Below, piece after piece: positions 40,586 through 56,514 of a stretch of 64,000 nucleotides of DNA. The stretch is taken from assembly GCF_009914755.1 (NCBI RefSeq), contig NC_060938.1; one strand, written 5' to 3'. Made by a program: the position numbers and the translations under genes. The notes under the pieces were generated by a model, which saw only the letters and a program-made list of their open reading frames with translations, was not told where the DNA came from and ran no database searches. This stretch comes from the human T2T-CHM13v2.0 reference genome, Homo sapiens. How positions within the stretch are numbered: the stretch's first letter is position 1; the number at the start of each line of letters is the position of its first letter.

Positions 40586-41572
40586 ATTTTACTTTTTTTT
40601 TATTATACTTTAAGTTCTAGGGTACATGTGCACAACGTGCAGGTTTGTTACATAGGTGTACATGTGCCTTGTTGGTTTGCTGCACCTATTAACTCATCAT
40701 TTACATTAGATATATCTCCTAATGCTATCCCTCCCCCATTCCCCCACCCCATGACAGGCCCGTGTGTGATGTTCCCTGCCCTGTGTCCAAGTGTTTTCAT
40801 TGTTCAGTTCCCACCTATGAGTGAGAACATATGGTGTTTGGTTTTCTGTCCTTGCAATAGTTTGCGCAGAATGATGGTTTCCAACTTCATCCATGTCTCT
40901 ACAAAGGACATGAACTCATCCTTTTTTATGGCTGCATAGTATTCCATGGTGTATATGTGCCACATTTTCTTAATCCAGTCTATCATTGATGGACATTTGG
41001 GTTGTTCCAAGTCTCTGCTATTGTGAATAGTGCTGCAATAAACATACGTGTGCATATGTCTTTAAAAGTAGCATGATTTATAATCCTTTGGGTATATATC
41101 CAGTAATGGGATCGCTGGGTCAAATGGTATTTCTAGTTCTAGATCCCTGAGGAATCACCACACTGTCTTCCACAATGGTTGAACTAATTTACACTCCCAC
41201 CAACAGTGTAAAAGCGTTCCTATTTCTCCACATCCTCTCCAGCATCTGTTGTTTCCTGACTTTTTAATGATCGCCATTCTAACTGGCATGAGATGGTATC
41301 TCATTGTGGTTTTGATTTGCGTTTCTCTGATGACAAGTGATGATGAGCATTTTTTCATGTGTCTGTTGGCTGCATAAATGTCTTCTTTTGAAAAGTGTCT
41401 GTTCATATCTTTTGCCCACTTTTTGATCGGGTTGTTTTTTTTTTTCTTATAAATTTTTTTAAGTTCTTTGTAGATTCTGGATATCAGTCCTTTGTCAGAT
41501 GGGTAGATTGCAAAAATTTTCTCCCATTCTGTAGGTTGCCTCTTCACTCTGATGGTAGTTTCTTTTGCTGTG
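40586..41572 (-). mobile_element. L1PA5/6-like LINE, 5'-truncated (~1 kb)
   Basis: ttattatactttaagttctagggtacatgtgcacaacgtgc; ORF2 C-terminal remnants in track (41155-41547, 40804-41055). Confidence 0.93.
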
Positions 41573-41742
41573 ACAAAATTTGTTCTTCATTCTGGAAATA
41601 AAAAATTGAAAAACATAAAACATAATATGCAACCATAAATATATAAAATAAAAATGAATATACAACCTGAACGTGTCTATATCTAGTAAATAAATTGAAT
41701 CAATAATTAATAACCTAAAATAGAAATTACCAACCCCAGAAA

Positions 41743-42182
41743 CCAATGTGAAAATACTACATAATATATGATTTCAACTCTTTGAAATTCTGGAAAAGGT
41801 TGAAAATATGGAGACAGTAAAATGATCAGTGGTTGCCTTTGGTTAAGCAGGAGATAAGGATGAGTAGGAGGCACACAGAGAATTTTTAGGGAAATGAAGC
41901 TATTCAGTGTGATACTGTAATGGTGAACACATGCTGTTGTGCATTTGTCCAAAGCCATAGAATGTGCAATACCAGGAGTTATTCCTAATGTAAACTATGG
42001 GCTTTAGGTGACAACGATGAGTCAATGTAGGTTCATCAACTTTAACAAATTGCACCACACTGGCGCAGGATTTTGATGGTCAGGGAGGCTATGCATGTGT
42101 GGGGATATAGGAACTCTGTACTTTCTGCCCGATTTTGCCATAAACCTAAAATTGTTCTAAAAAAAAAAAGTGTATTTTAAAA
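41743..42182 (+). mobile_element. L1MC1-like 3' end
   Basis: atggagacagtaaaatgatcagtggttgcc...cctaatgtaaactatggg...gtcaatgtaggttcatc. Confidence 0.8.
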
Positions 42183-42316
42183 GTGAGTAAATCAAGAAAA
42201 AATAAAAATTATAAATGTACATTTCGAATGGATGCTGTTTATTTTATATAAATTATACTGCAATAAATGTTATGTTTTAAAGGAAAAAGTTAAATGTAAT
42301 AAAATGGCATGGGCAG

Positions 42317-42699
42317 TGCTGTGGTTTGAATGCCTCCTCCAAAGTTTTGTGTTGGAAACTTAATCCCCAATGCAACAGCCTTGAAAGGTGAAAGCTTTTA
42401 AAGTGATTAGGCCATAAGGGCTTTTGTCAACATGAATGGATTAATGCAATTATTGCAGAGTGGCATCATTTTTATGAGTGGGATCCTTATAAAGGGTGAG
42501 TTTGTTTCCTTCTCTAGCTCACGCTCTCTCACCCATGAAATCCCTTCCACCATGCTATAATACAGCAAGAAAACCCTCACTAGACATGACCCTTCAATCT
42601 CAGACTTCCTTCAGACTCATGAGCCAAATTAGTTTCTGTTCATTACAAATTACCAAGTCTGTGGCATTTTGTTATAGCAGCATAAAACAGTCTAAGACA
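42317..42699 (+). mobile_element. MSTC/MSTD-like MaLR solo LTR
   Basis: tgctgtggtttgaatg...ggaaacttaatccccaatgcaacag...gttatagcagca...ctaagaca; flanks GGCAG/GGAAG. Confidence 0.8.
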
Positions 42700-43615
42700 G
42701 GAAGTATGAAGATAAAAAATAATGAAATAATAATTTCCACTGGATAATATATCAAGAATGTCTTCAATAATAATAGGGAATTCTAACAAAGAGCTAACAA
42801 TATATTTGTGGAGAAAGATTAGAGGCATAGACTTAGATAAAGTGAATGGTAAGTGCAAAGTAAGTGTCCATCAATGATATACAAATTCAAACAATGTAAT
42901 TATTAGTGATAATTGAGACAGTTGGGAAACACTGTGATGATGAAATGATTTTAACTGGAGATGAAAATAAAAGTGTATTATTTCAACAAGTAAAGATACT
43001 CAAGAGATTATTAGGAGGCAGAAGCAAGTGAGCAGACACAAGAAAATTCATCTAGCATGTTCATGAGTGCTATGTTATACACTGGATATCTAAAGATTAA
43101 ACAACTCTGATCTCTGCCCTCAGAAATCCAGTGGAGGAAACTGGTATTAAAACTGTGTGGAGATGAAAGTAAGAGACATTTTCACTGTAACTACATCTGC
43201 AGGACTTCTACATCTGCATGCTTATGGTGTTTGAACCCATGTAATGAAGATGGTAATATTTATCTGACTTAAAAAGAAATGGATGATGAAATAGTCATGA
43301 TATAGATAAAATAATACTCAATAGTTAAGGCCATTTTAGAGATGATTAATGAAAGAAAAATGTTTCACTTGTATTTGTTTGACTAGAGGAATAACAAGAA
43401 TCCTCCAAGCAGGCAAAGATCTAAACATCATTTGCTAACATTTATCTGAAGATTACTATGAGGATAAATAAACCTACTACTTTTGGACTAATGGACTTCC
43501 ATTAGTTAGTACTTTTGTAACTAATGAAGTTCCATTTATCCATTCATTTAGATTCCATTTAAAATCTACTTCAAGTATTTTACCAATTTAAAAAGTGATG
43601 GAAGAATATTTCTGC

Positions 43616-43990
43616 TGATATTCGTTTGCTAGAACTGACATAACAAAGACAACAGACTGAGTAGTTTAAAAACAACAGAAATTTGTTTTCTTACATTTCT
43701 GGAAGGTAAAAGTCTGAGATGAAGATGTGAGCAGGGTCAATTATTTCTAAGGTCCTCTTCTTGGGTTGTAGATGGTTATCTTCTCGTGTCTTACCTGGTC
43801 TTTCCTCTGCTTGTGTCTGCTTGTGCCCCTAATCTCTTAATTTAGGGGCACTACAGTCATATTGGATTAGGACCTACCCTAATTACCTCATTTAATCTTA
43901 ACGACTTCTTGGAAGACTTATCCTTAAATACAGTCACATTATAAAGTATTGGGAGTTAAGACTTCTACATATAAATGTTGGGTATGGAGC
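43616..43990 (-). mobile_element. MLT1B-like MaLR LTR
   Basis: aacaacagaaatttgttttcttacatttctgga...cagtcatattggattagg...aaatacagtcacatt. Confidence 0.78.
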
Positions 43991-46900
43991 AGGACTAAGC
44001 TCAGAGCTGGATGAGAACCAACAGATCTTTTTGCCACACCAGAACTTCAATCTAAATAAATAAAGGCAGAAAGCTAGTTTATTTGTTAGTTTGAGAGGCC
44101 TATACTTTCTGTAAGTGGAGAAAGAAATAAAGAAAGCTGCTGGTTCAATTAAAGTGAATAACGACTGTTCTGAATAGTAACTTTTGTTTTTCACATTGTT
44201 GTTTACTATCTCTACTTAGGGAACGAGCTCTGAAGAATAGTATTATTAAGTAGGTTCACTATAAAAATATAGATGAGAAATCAGTACATATCATTAATTT
44301 TTAAAAATGAAAGACCGTGAAAAGAATCGTACTGTAGAGGTAGATTGTTTATTGAGTAACTGTTATAACTTCCAACTCCACAGGGTTTATCTGAGAAGCT
44401 TTCATTTTCTTGTAAAAAAGTATAAGCAAAAGCATCATGTGTTTTAGTGTTTTGCTATTTCATAAGGGTAATAGTTATCAAACTAATCATTGTTTTAAGA
44501 TTGTAATATTAAATTATTTGTAAGTGATCAATCTTATTACAGAGTTGCATTTTAATTGTGTAAATGCACTATAACTGCTGTGTTTAGTTATGATACATGT
44601 TCTATTATTTAAGATATCCTAATTTTGTATGAAGAAGAATACATGGGTATGTAAAAAAGAGATACATACACCAGCTTGAAAAACAGCAAATTAGGATAAT
44701 TTAAACCTTTTTTTTTTTTAAGAGCCAAGCAAATAATAGATATGCTTCAGCATTGGCCGTTTGTTTGGTTTGTATCTTCAGGGAAAAACTAAATCTGTAG
44801 AGAGTTACAAACTAACTGTAAAATTAAGATACAACAAAAAAATCACTCATATTTAAACAAAATATGGTAAGCATGGATAAGGATGATTGTTCCATAAACC
44901 TTATGGTGTCATAATTGATGAGAGGATTGTCACCACAATAAAAGGTTACTTGAGCAGTGAATTGTGAGGAATATTCATATGACAATAAATTTAAAGTCTA
45001 TGGGATATATTTGGCAACTGCAGATTTATGATAATGTCTTACACCCATCATAAGATGGGTAAAGTTACTGAGCTGTTATAGTTTGCTCTTCAGTCCACTG
45101 TGTTGATATTATTAATAAAGATCTGGTTGTATGACTATAAAGGCTTTTTTTGACAGTTTGAAAGTATTTTCAAACTAGTATATAGTCACTTGCATTAAAT
45201 AATGCAGGCTTTTTTTTCTGCTTTAAGCCAAAGGTTATACTGAGAAAAATTGTCTAATATTTTGTAATGTCATTTAGTAGAAAATCATAGCACACTACTT
45301 AGAAACTTTTAAGAATAAACTTACAGGTTTATCTGTATTACAGGGAATAATGTGATATTGGAGTTACTATGTCCATTATGTTTTAAAGCTTTTTCTCAGT
45401 TTTAGTACTTTAAGATGACATAAGTTGTGTCATCCTTGAATGTGTTGGCTATTGCATGAAAAGACCCTATATTTACTTTTGGATAACTAAGGGCATTAAC
45501 TTGAATCATCACAGAAATTTATAATAATAAAAACTGTAAATAAATAAACCCCAGTTAAACATTTTTCATGTTTATTTGTGAGACAACTTAGCTATAAAAT
45601 AATAATTGTTCTCTATTCAAATATAACTTACATATAATAATTTATATATACAATATTTATTTTGTATATTGCCTGATATATCCCCATACATCTCTAATAA
45701 TTATCATTTATTTAGCAAAAAATGTATGGATACATTTCATTTATAGAATACATTCATATTAAATCACTCTGGATTATGAGGTTTTTTTATTAAAATGATA
45801 CTTCAAATATGACATCATTACATACTGGAAGGTTATAGAATAACTATGCTTATTATTTCAAATTTATTTTTTTAAAGTTAGTAAATAATATCAGTGGGCA
45901 AAAGCCATTTTACCTGTTAAGTTTGAAGAACTTTTTGTCTTTTGAAAAATATTTGAATATTATTAAGTGCTGATGCTGCTAAACCTGACTCTATCTGATT
46001 CTAGATCTTTTTCATCTTATTGTGTTCTGAGACACAATTTATAATGTTTGGCTTTATAATCTACACTCTCAAAAGTGCTCAGTTCATTAAAAAGCCCCTT
46101 ACACAGTTTTCTTCCAAAACTGCTTTTATATGCTCAGTTGCCGTATAGTATAATCCTACCACATCCTTTCATCACTGATTGAAATATTAAAATTATTTTT
46201 TTAGAATCAGCTAATGTGGCAACTCCTCTGAATTGTCTACAGCTCTTGTGTATCTCCAATACAACATGTATTAATCACTTGCACTTCTACTTGGGTTTTC
46301 TTTAAATTACCCCAATCACCGAGAAGCTCACTTTCTAATTCAATCCAGCCACCAATCAGTTCTAGTAAGGATCTGCACAGATGCTCACCAAGCAGAAAAA
46401 AGTTCTTGCCTCTTTCCTTATTGCCAGCCTGCTCTTCTCAGAACATTTATTTGCTCATCCACATATGCCTACTTACTTAACTAAGGAAAAAATGCAACCC
46501 ATAGCTCCATTCAGCAACCTATTCCTCTTACATAGACACTGCAGAAAACATAAACAACCAATCAACATTATTGATGCTACTGGTAGCTTAAAATATAGAT
46601 TAATAGTAACCATAAATAATCAATGAGCAAAACTAATAAATATAATAATTTGTTAAAAATTAACCACACAGGATAAATAGAAACAATCATTTTAGTTACA
46701 CAAGAAAAAATAACAGATCAAAATGGATGAACTTTATTAAATAAATACTACAGTTACAACTTGGGATACATGGGATTAGAAATACATAATTAATATTATC
46801 ACCTATATGTAAGAAGATGAAATATCTCTAAAATAAGAAAGGCTTTAATTATAAAAGTACAGAAATGCAACCTCCAAGGGATTTATAATATTTATCTCTG

Positions 46901-47462
46901 AAAGTGATGGTATAAAAGAGTCAAAGTATTCATTTCAGCAAGACTCAATTATATACTGTCTTCAAGAGACTCATATCACATGCTATGGCACTCCTAAGCT
47001 CAAAATAAAGGGATGGAGAAAAATCTACCCAGCAAATGGAAAATAGATAAAATGTAGGTGGTGCAATCTTAATTTCAGACAAAACAGACATTAAACTAAT
47101 GAAGATAAAAAAGACAAAGGAGGGGATTATATAATGGCAAATGATTCAATTCAACAAGAAAACCTAGCTTAAATATATATGCACCCAACACAGGAGTACT
47201 CAGATTCATAAAGTAAATTCTTAGAGACCCTTAAATAAACTTTAAGACTCTCACACAATAATAATGGGAGAATTCAACACCCCACTGATGGTATTAGACA
47301 GATTACTGAAGCAGAAAATTAACAGATATTCAGGACCTGAAGTCAACACTGGACCAAATGGACCTAATAGACTTTTACAGAACTCCTTACCAAAAAACAA
47401 CAGAATATACATTCTTGTCACTACAGAGCACATACTCTAAAATTAACCACACCATCAGATAA

Positions 47463-48900
<1,438 letters not shown>

Positions 48901-48904
48901 TTTG

Positions 48905-49260
48905 TTTAATAAACTTTTTGGGATTTATTTTGTGTCCCAATGTATAGTCCATCCTGGAGAACATTCCATATGATGATGCAAAGAATGTGTACTGTGCAGC
49001 TGTTGGATGAAATGTTCTATAAATGTCTGTTATGTCATTTGGTCTGTGATGCAGTCTAAATTCAAAGTTTCTTTGATGATTTTCTGTCTAGATGATTTGT
49101 CCAATGCTAAGAGTGGGTGTTGAAGTCCTCAGCTGTTATTGTATTGGGATCTATATTTGCCTTTAGATCTAACATTTGCTTTATAGATCTGGGTGTTCCA
49201 GTGTACACGTATATTTACAATTATTATATCTTCATGTTAAACCGATCCCTTTATAACTAT
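48905..49260 (-). mobile_element. L1MA-type ORF2 endonuclease-region fragment (candidate 3'-transduced sequence)
   Basis: gcagctgttggatgaaatgttct...gatgatttgtccaatgct..agtgggtgttgaagtc is an older L1M-type antisense text. Confidence 0.75.
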
Positions 49261-52200
49261 AAAAAAAGAGAAATATACCAACCACTCTTTTGGACCACAG
49301 CACAATAAAAATAGAATTGAAGACTAAAAGAATCACTCAAAGTCATATAATTACATGGAATTAAACAACCTGCTTCTGAATGGCTTTTGAGTAAGTAATG
49401 AAACTAAGGCAGAAATCAAGAACTTCTTTGAAACTTATAGGACCAAAGATATAACATACCAACATCTCTTGGACCATCTAAGACAGTGTTAAGAGGGAAA
49501 TTTATGGGACTAGATGTCCACATCAAAAAGTTAGATCTCAAATGAACAACCTAACATCACAACAATAACAACAACAAACTAGAGAAGCAAGAAACCAAAC
49601 TCAAAGCTAGCAGAAGAAAAGAAATAACCAAAATCAAAGCTGAAATGAAATAGATTGGGACACAAAAATTATTCAAAAATTAATGAATCCAAAGTTTTGT
49701 TTTGTGAAAAAAAATAATAAGGTAGATAGACAACTAGCTAGACTGACAGAGAAGAAAAGAGAGACTATCCAAATGAACACAATTTGAAACAACAAAGAGG
49801 AGTTTATCACTAACCCCACAGGAACAAATAACCATCAAACCAGAACACCTCTATGCACACCAACTAGAAGACTTAGAAGAAATGGATAAAGTACTGGGCA
49901 CATACACCCTCCCAAGACTAAATCATGAAATAATTGAACCCCTGAACAGACCAATAATGGACTCTAAAATTCAATCAGTAATAAATAGCCTACCAACTGA
50001 ATAAAAGCCCAGGACCCAATGGATTCACAGCCACATTCTACCAGATGTACAAGGAAAAACAGGAAGCATTTCTACCGAAACGATTCCAAAAAACTGAGCA
50101 GAAAGACTCCTCCCTAACTCATTCTAAAAAGCCAGCATCATCCTGATACCAAAACCTGGCAGAGACACCACAAAATGAAGAAAACATCAGGCCAATATCA
50201 TTGATAAACATTTGTGCAAAAACCCTCAACAAAACACTAGCAGCACATCAAAAAGCTAGTCCACCACAGTCAAGCAGTTTTTATCCTTAGAATGCAAGGT
50301 TGGTTCAATATATGCAAATCAATAAATGTGATTCATCATACAAACAGAAATGAAGACAAAAACCACATGATTATCTCAATAAATGCAGAAAAGGCTTTTA
50401 TAAAATTCAAAATCCCTTTATGTTAAAAACTCAATAAACTAGATATTGAAGAAATATACCTCAAAATAATAAAGGTCATCTATGATAAACCCACGGACAA
50501 AATCACCATACTGAATGAGTAAAAGCTGGTAGCATTCTCTCTTGAAAACCAGCACAAGAAAAGGACGCCCTCTCTTACCACTCCTGTTCAACACAGTATT
50601 GGAAGTCCTGGCCAGAGCAATCAGGTAAGAGAAAGAAATAAAGTGCATCCAAACAGTAAGAGATGAAGTGAAACTAACCCTCTTTGCGGATGACATGATT
50701 CTATATCTAGAAAACCCCATAGTCTCAGCCCAAAGTCTCTGTTAGCTGATAAATAACTTTGGTAAAGTTTCAGGATAAAAAACTAATGCACAAACAATCA
50801 CTTGCATTCCTATATACGAGCAATATCCAAGCTGAGAGCCAAATCAGGAACACAATCTCATTCACATTTGCCACTAAAACAATAAAATATCTATCAGTAC
50901 AGCCTACCAGACAGAAACATCTCTACAATGAGAATTACAAAACACTGCTCAAAAAAATCAGAGATTATCCAAACAAATGGAAAAGCATTCCATGATCATG
51001 AATAGAAAGAATCAATATCATTAAAATGGCCATACTGCCCAAAGCAATTTACAGATTCAATGCTATTCCTGTGAAACTACCAATGAATTCTTCACAGAAC
51101 TAGTACAGAACTATTTTAAAATTCATACAGAACCAAAAGAGAGCAAAAAAAGCCAAAGTTATCCTAAGAGAAAAGAATGAAGCTGAAGGCATCACATTAC
51201 CCTACTTCAAACTATACTACAAAGCTATAGTAACCAAAACAGCATGGTACTGGTGCAAAAACTGACACATAGTCCAAGGAAACAGGATAGAGAGCTCAGA
51301 AATAAGGCTGCAAACCTCCAACTATCTGATCTTTGACAAAGCTGACAAAAACAAGCAATGCGGAAAGGACTCCCTATTCAATAAGCGGTGCTATGTTAAC
51401 TGGTTAGCCATATGTAGAAGACTGCAACTGGATTTCTTCTTTACACAATATATAAACATCAACTCAAGATGGATTAAAGACTTAAATGTAAAACCCCAAA
51501 CTCCTAAAAAAAAACCTGGAAGACAACCTAGGCAATGCCATTCTGGACACAGGAACTGGCGAAGTTATCATGACAAAGATTCCAGTTGCAACAAAACCAA
51601 AAATTGACACATGATATCTAATTAAAGAGCTTCTGACAGCAAAACAAACAATCGACAGAGTAACCAGACAACCTAGAGAATGGGAGAAAATATTTGCAAA
51701 CTATGCATCTGACAAAGGTCTAATATCCAGAATCTATAAAGAACTTCAACTAATTTATAAGAAAACAACTCCATTAAAAAAGGGGGGGAAATGAGCAGAC
51801 ACATTTGAAAAGAAGACATACATGTGGCCAAAAGGCATATGAAAAAAAACCTCAATATCACTGATGATTAGAGAAATGCAAATCAAAACCACAGTGAGAT
51901 ACCACCTCACACCAGTCAGATTGGCTATTACTACAAATTCAAAAAAAAAAAAAAACAGATGCTTGTGAGATTGGATAGAAAAGGGAGCACCTATACACTG
52001 CTGGTGGGAGTGTAAATTAGTTAAATTATTGTGGAAAGCAATGTGGTGATTCCTCAGAGAGCAAAAAACATAACCAGTATTTAACCCAGTAATCCCATTA
52101 CTCAGTATATAGCCAACGGAATATAAGTCATTCTATTATAAAGACACATGCATGCATATGTTCATTACAGCACTATTTACAATAGCAAAGATGTGGAATC

Positions 52201-53942
52201 AACCTAAATGCCCATCAATGGCAGATTGGGTAACGAAAATGTGGTACATATACACTATCGAATGCTATGGAACCATAAACAAGAATGAGATCATGTAGGA
52301 ACATGGATGGAGCCAGGGGCCATTACTCTTAGCAAACTAGCGCAGGAACAGAAAACCAAATACTGTATGCTCTCACTTATAAGTGGGAGCTAAAGGATGA
52401 GAACACATGGACACAAAGAGGGGAACAACTGACACTGGGGCCTATCAGAGGGTGAAGGGTGCAAGAAGGGAGAGGATCAGGAAAAATAACTGATGGGTAC
52501 TAGGCTTAGTACCCGAGAGATGAAATAATCTGTACAACAAACTCCTGTAACACAAGTTTATCTTTATAAGAAACCTTAACATGTACCCCTAAACCTAAAA
52601 TAAAAGTTAAAAGAAAAAAGTAAAAGAAATTTTTTTAATTTCAACTAAATATATTTAAGTATTCACTTGATTTTTGGGGGAGTATAATTTAGGCTTATGA
52701 TAAATTTGGAAATATTGCTAAAATAAGAAAATCTGTCCATCAAAAAGACATAGAAATATATATTTTATGCTCTTAACTGAAATGTGTTAGCATACTAAAT
52801 GAAGCAAGAATTCCTGTAATCAACAGCAGCAACAACAAAAATAGCGAAAATGACAATTCAATGAATATGCATTTTGTTGAATAGAAAATTACATATTTCT
52901 AAATATATATGAATAAAAATAAAATACACTATATACATATTTAGTGGCAATTAGCTTATATGAATATAAACTAATACATGTATATCACATTAGTTTATAT
53001 TTATATAAACTAGTTTATATAGTTTATATAAAATTAGTTTTTATATATATATATATGAAACATTATGTGTATGTATAAAAATCTCAACCTCAGGCCCAAG
53101 GTAAATGGTCAACACAAATTTAAACTCAAGCACTAGTTCATTCAACTGAGAAAATAAGCAAATTAAAATTCTAATGGTACAGAAAAAGATGTACATATTC
53201 TGAGGTCCAGTAATTTTACTCTTAGAGAAACAATTGGTCAAGAGCACTTAGGTATATGTTAAAAATTAGTCATTGTTGCATTTATTAGAATAATGTGACA
53301 TTGAAAACAATGCAGGTATCAATAACGAAGGGGAAGAGTTTACTAATTTAATAATATTAACTCAGTATGAACATATGTTATCAAGCAGAGAACACAAATA
53401 TAATAAAGATACAGGCATGAATGTACATGAATCTCACAAATTATATTAGGCAGAAAGGCAAACTTGAAGAATATGTATGGTACATTTCTATTTATATGAA
53501 ACTCAAAAACAAGCAAAATCAATATTATTTATGTACATACACATATTTGGCTTAAAATCTGAAAATGTCTAATATTTAATACAAAACTCAATATTATGGT
53601 TTCCTTTAAGTTTGAGACCCCAGGATATACTGTTATAAAGGGACAGCTTGAAAAGTATGGATTATATTTTATTTCCAAAGATGAGCAGTGGATGCATGGA
53701 TTTTCTTTTATTATTAATTTGTGTAATGCATATGAACTATTTTTCTATAAAAATTATAATTTTAAAATGATAAATAGGTTTGTAATAAATACATAAAACA
53801 CATATAAATATAAATTAATTTACCAGAGATTATTTTTCTTCAGTAACTAATCAAACATATTTTTGAAGTGATTGTAATCTACTGTATACCAATTATACAT
53901 TAGAAATATCTGATATTAAGACTATCTAATAGATATGACTTT

Positions 53943-54581
53943 ATTTCTGTATTATCTTTCATCTCTGCATAACTATCCTTAGTGATTTAAAAAATACTTT
54001 TATTTATTTGAATGCAAGGTGAAATTTGAATAAATTATTCATGCAATATCACTTGACCAGAATTTTCAAGTATTCCTAAAGAAGTTTTTATGTGAAAGTG
54101 TCATTATCTCACATACTATCCCTTTTACTAATGTCAGAGGTAGAAAATAAAGTTGAAGTATAGTCAGCTTGTATTTCCCTGATCATGTAATACTTTTTAT
54201 ATACATTTTTGAAACTTTGTTATCTGCAGTTATTTTTATTCTTTATTATTAAATAATTTCAACTTTTATTATAGATTAAAGGATACACATGCAGTTTTGC
54301 TACATTTCTTTATTATCTTTCATCTTTGCATAACTATCCTTAATGATTAAAGAAATGCTTCTGTTTATTTGAATGCTAAGTGAAATTTGAACAAATTATT
54401 TATGCAATATCACCTAACCAGAATTTCTAAATGTTCCTAAAATTATCATGTAAAAGTGTCTTTATCTGACATAATATCCCTTTTATTAATGTCAAAGGGA
54501 GAAAATAAAGCTGAACTATAGTCAGTTTGTATTTCCCTGATCATGTGCTACATTTTATATACATGTTTGAACCTTGTGTAT
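53943..54581. repeat. Diverged ~280-bp direct repeat (53943-54223 and 54304-54581)
   Basis: Colinear alignment, e.g. tattatctttcatct.tgcataactatcctta and gtatttccctgatcatgt in both copies. Confidence 0.93.
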
Positions 54582-55235
54582 TTCATATACATCTTTGAAC
54601 ATTTGAATTGTGTGACACTGAAACTTGAGGTCCCAGTGATTCCATCTCTCAGGCACTAAGCATAGTACCCAATAGGCAGTTTTTCAGCCCACACTCCTCT
54701 TTGTTCCTTCCCTATCCAGTGGTCCCCAGTGTCTGTTGTTCCTATCTTTACAATGATATGTATTTAATGTTTAGGTCTCACTTATAAGTGAGAACATGCA
54801 GTATTTGGCTTCCTGTTCTTGGGTTAGCTTTCTGAGGATGATGGTCTCCAGGTTCATCCATGTTGTTATAAAGGGCATGATTTCATTTTTTTTTCATGTA
54901 TTTGTAGTATTACAGGGTTTATATGTACCATGTTTTATTTATCCCATCCGCTGTTCATGGGCACATAGGTTGATTGATTCCATGTCTTTGCTATTTTGAA
55001 TAGCACTGCAGTGAACATATGGGTGCATGTGTCTTTTGGATAAACGAATTATTTTTCTTTGGGTATATATCCAGAAGTGGGATTCCTGGTTTAAATGGTA
55101 ATTCCATTTTTAAGTTCTTTGAGAAATCTCCAGACTGTTTCCCACAGTGGATGAACTAGTTTGCATTCCCACCAATAGCGCAAAAGCATTGTCTGTTCTC
55201 CGCAGCCTTGCCAGCATATGTTGTTTTTAAACTAT
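54230..55235 (-). mobile_element. L1PA16-like 3' end, interrupted at 54304-54605
   Basis: tttcaacttttattatagattaaaggatacacatgcag...aattgtgtgacactga...taagcatagtacccaatagg...cttataagtgagaacatgcag. Confidence 0.85.
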
Positions 55236-55482
55236 GTTGAGACTAAGAAATGCATTGTTATGCCTTACTAGGAAAAAAGAAAGAAATGTAGGATTTTCCA
55301 CCTGAACCTACAGTCAAACTTATGCTGTTATTGGAAAATTCAATGGTAGGAAATGATGTAATAATCAGCTTAAAGAAAACCCCAGAGGGAGAATAAACAT
55401 TCAGCTTCTGAAAGGCTGAAGTAAGGTTGTGCCATGCTCAGCAGAGATTTATATGTTTTTATAATACCCTTGGCATGTCAGG

Positions 55483-55653
55483 GCTTTGGCAGGGACAGCA
55501 CATTTGATCATGTGACACCAAGTGGCCATGCACCAAGAACTACTCATTATGATCTGGGTTCCATTGGTCCCACCAAGTCATAGTGACACATGTGCCTCGC
55601 AACAGGACATCACAAGATGGAACTGGTACATTCAGGATTGAGTCTGAGCAGGA
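55483..55653 (+). mobile_element. Degenerate ERVL/MLT-internal pol (RNase H/tether region) fragment
   Basis: My translation [51 protein letters not shown] resembles the ERVL pol motif HQVTM.PELPIM.WV.SDP.SHKVG.AQQ.SI..WKWYI.D. Confidence 0.7.
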
Positions 55654-55655
55654 TA

Positions 55656-56040
55656 TGCTACAGAGAAATGTTTTGTGAAAGGAAGAATCAATTGATATGG
55701 CCAATTTTGTTTTATTTTAAGAAATTGCCACAGCCTATGCAATCTTCAGCCACCACCACCCTAATCAGTCAGCAGCTATCAACATTGAAGCAAAAACCTC
55801 CACCAGGTAAAAGATTATGACTCACTGAAAGCTCAAATGATTGTTAGCTTTTTGTAGCAATAAAGTATTTTTAAACTAACTTATGTAAATATTTAGGTAT
55901 AATTCTATTGTACACTTACTAGATGACAATATAGTATAAATATAACTTTTAAATGCACTGGGAAACAAACAAAAAATCTTGAGACTTGCTTTATGACAGT
56001 ATTGGATTTATTACAGTGGTTTGGAACTGAACCTGCAATT
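55656..56040 (+). mobile_element. Tigger1 3' fragment, terminal inverted repeat incomplete
   Basis: tgctacagagaaat...aagaaattgccacagcc...tcagtcagcag...gtggtttggaactgaacctgcaat. Confidence 0.85.
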
Positions 56041-56041
56041 C

Positions 56042-56514
56042 TATATATATATATATATATATATGTATACACACACACACACACACACACACACATACGT
56101 GAATTATGCATGTGTGTATATATAACCTATATATATGAATATGTATATATATATGCATGTGTGTATATATATATATACACACACACACATTAGTCAGCAG
56201 CTATCAACAATGAAGAAAGTCGCTCCAGCAGCTATAGGATTATGACTCCCTGAAGGCTCAAATGATTGTTAGAATTTTTTTAGCAATAAAGTGTGCATTT
56301 TATATATGTACATACACATAAGAAATATATATAAAAATCCAAATATATGTGGTTCTTTATATTGTATATGAATGCACAAGTGTACAATATATAAATTTTA
56401 TATATATGGATGTGTGTGTATATATATACACACATCTATATACATAGATGATATGTATAAAATGTGTATATATACACAGTATATATATATATATAAAGTG
56501 TATATATATACACT
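56042..56514. repeat. Compound (TA)n/(CA)n/(TG)n low-complexity tract with an embedded 100-bp Tigger1 duplicate
   Basis: Seen directly. Confidence 0.9.

Noticed and set aside
43823-43851. 10-bp inverted repeat gtgcccctaa/ttaggggcac in MLT1B
   Set aside because: Short and partly pre-existing in the LTR; not distinguishable from chance
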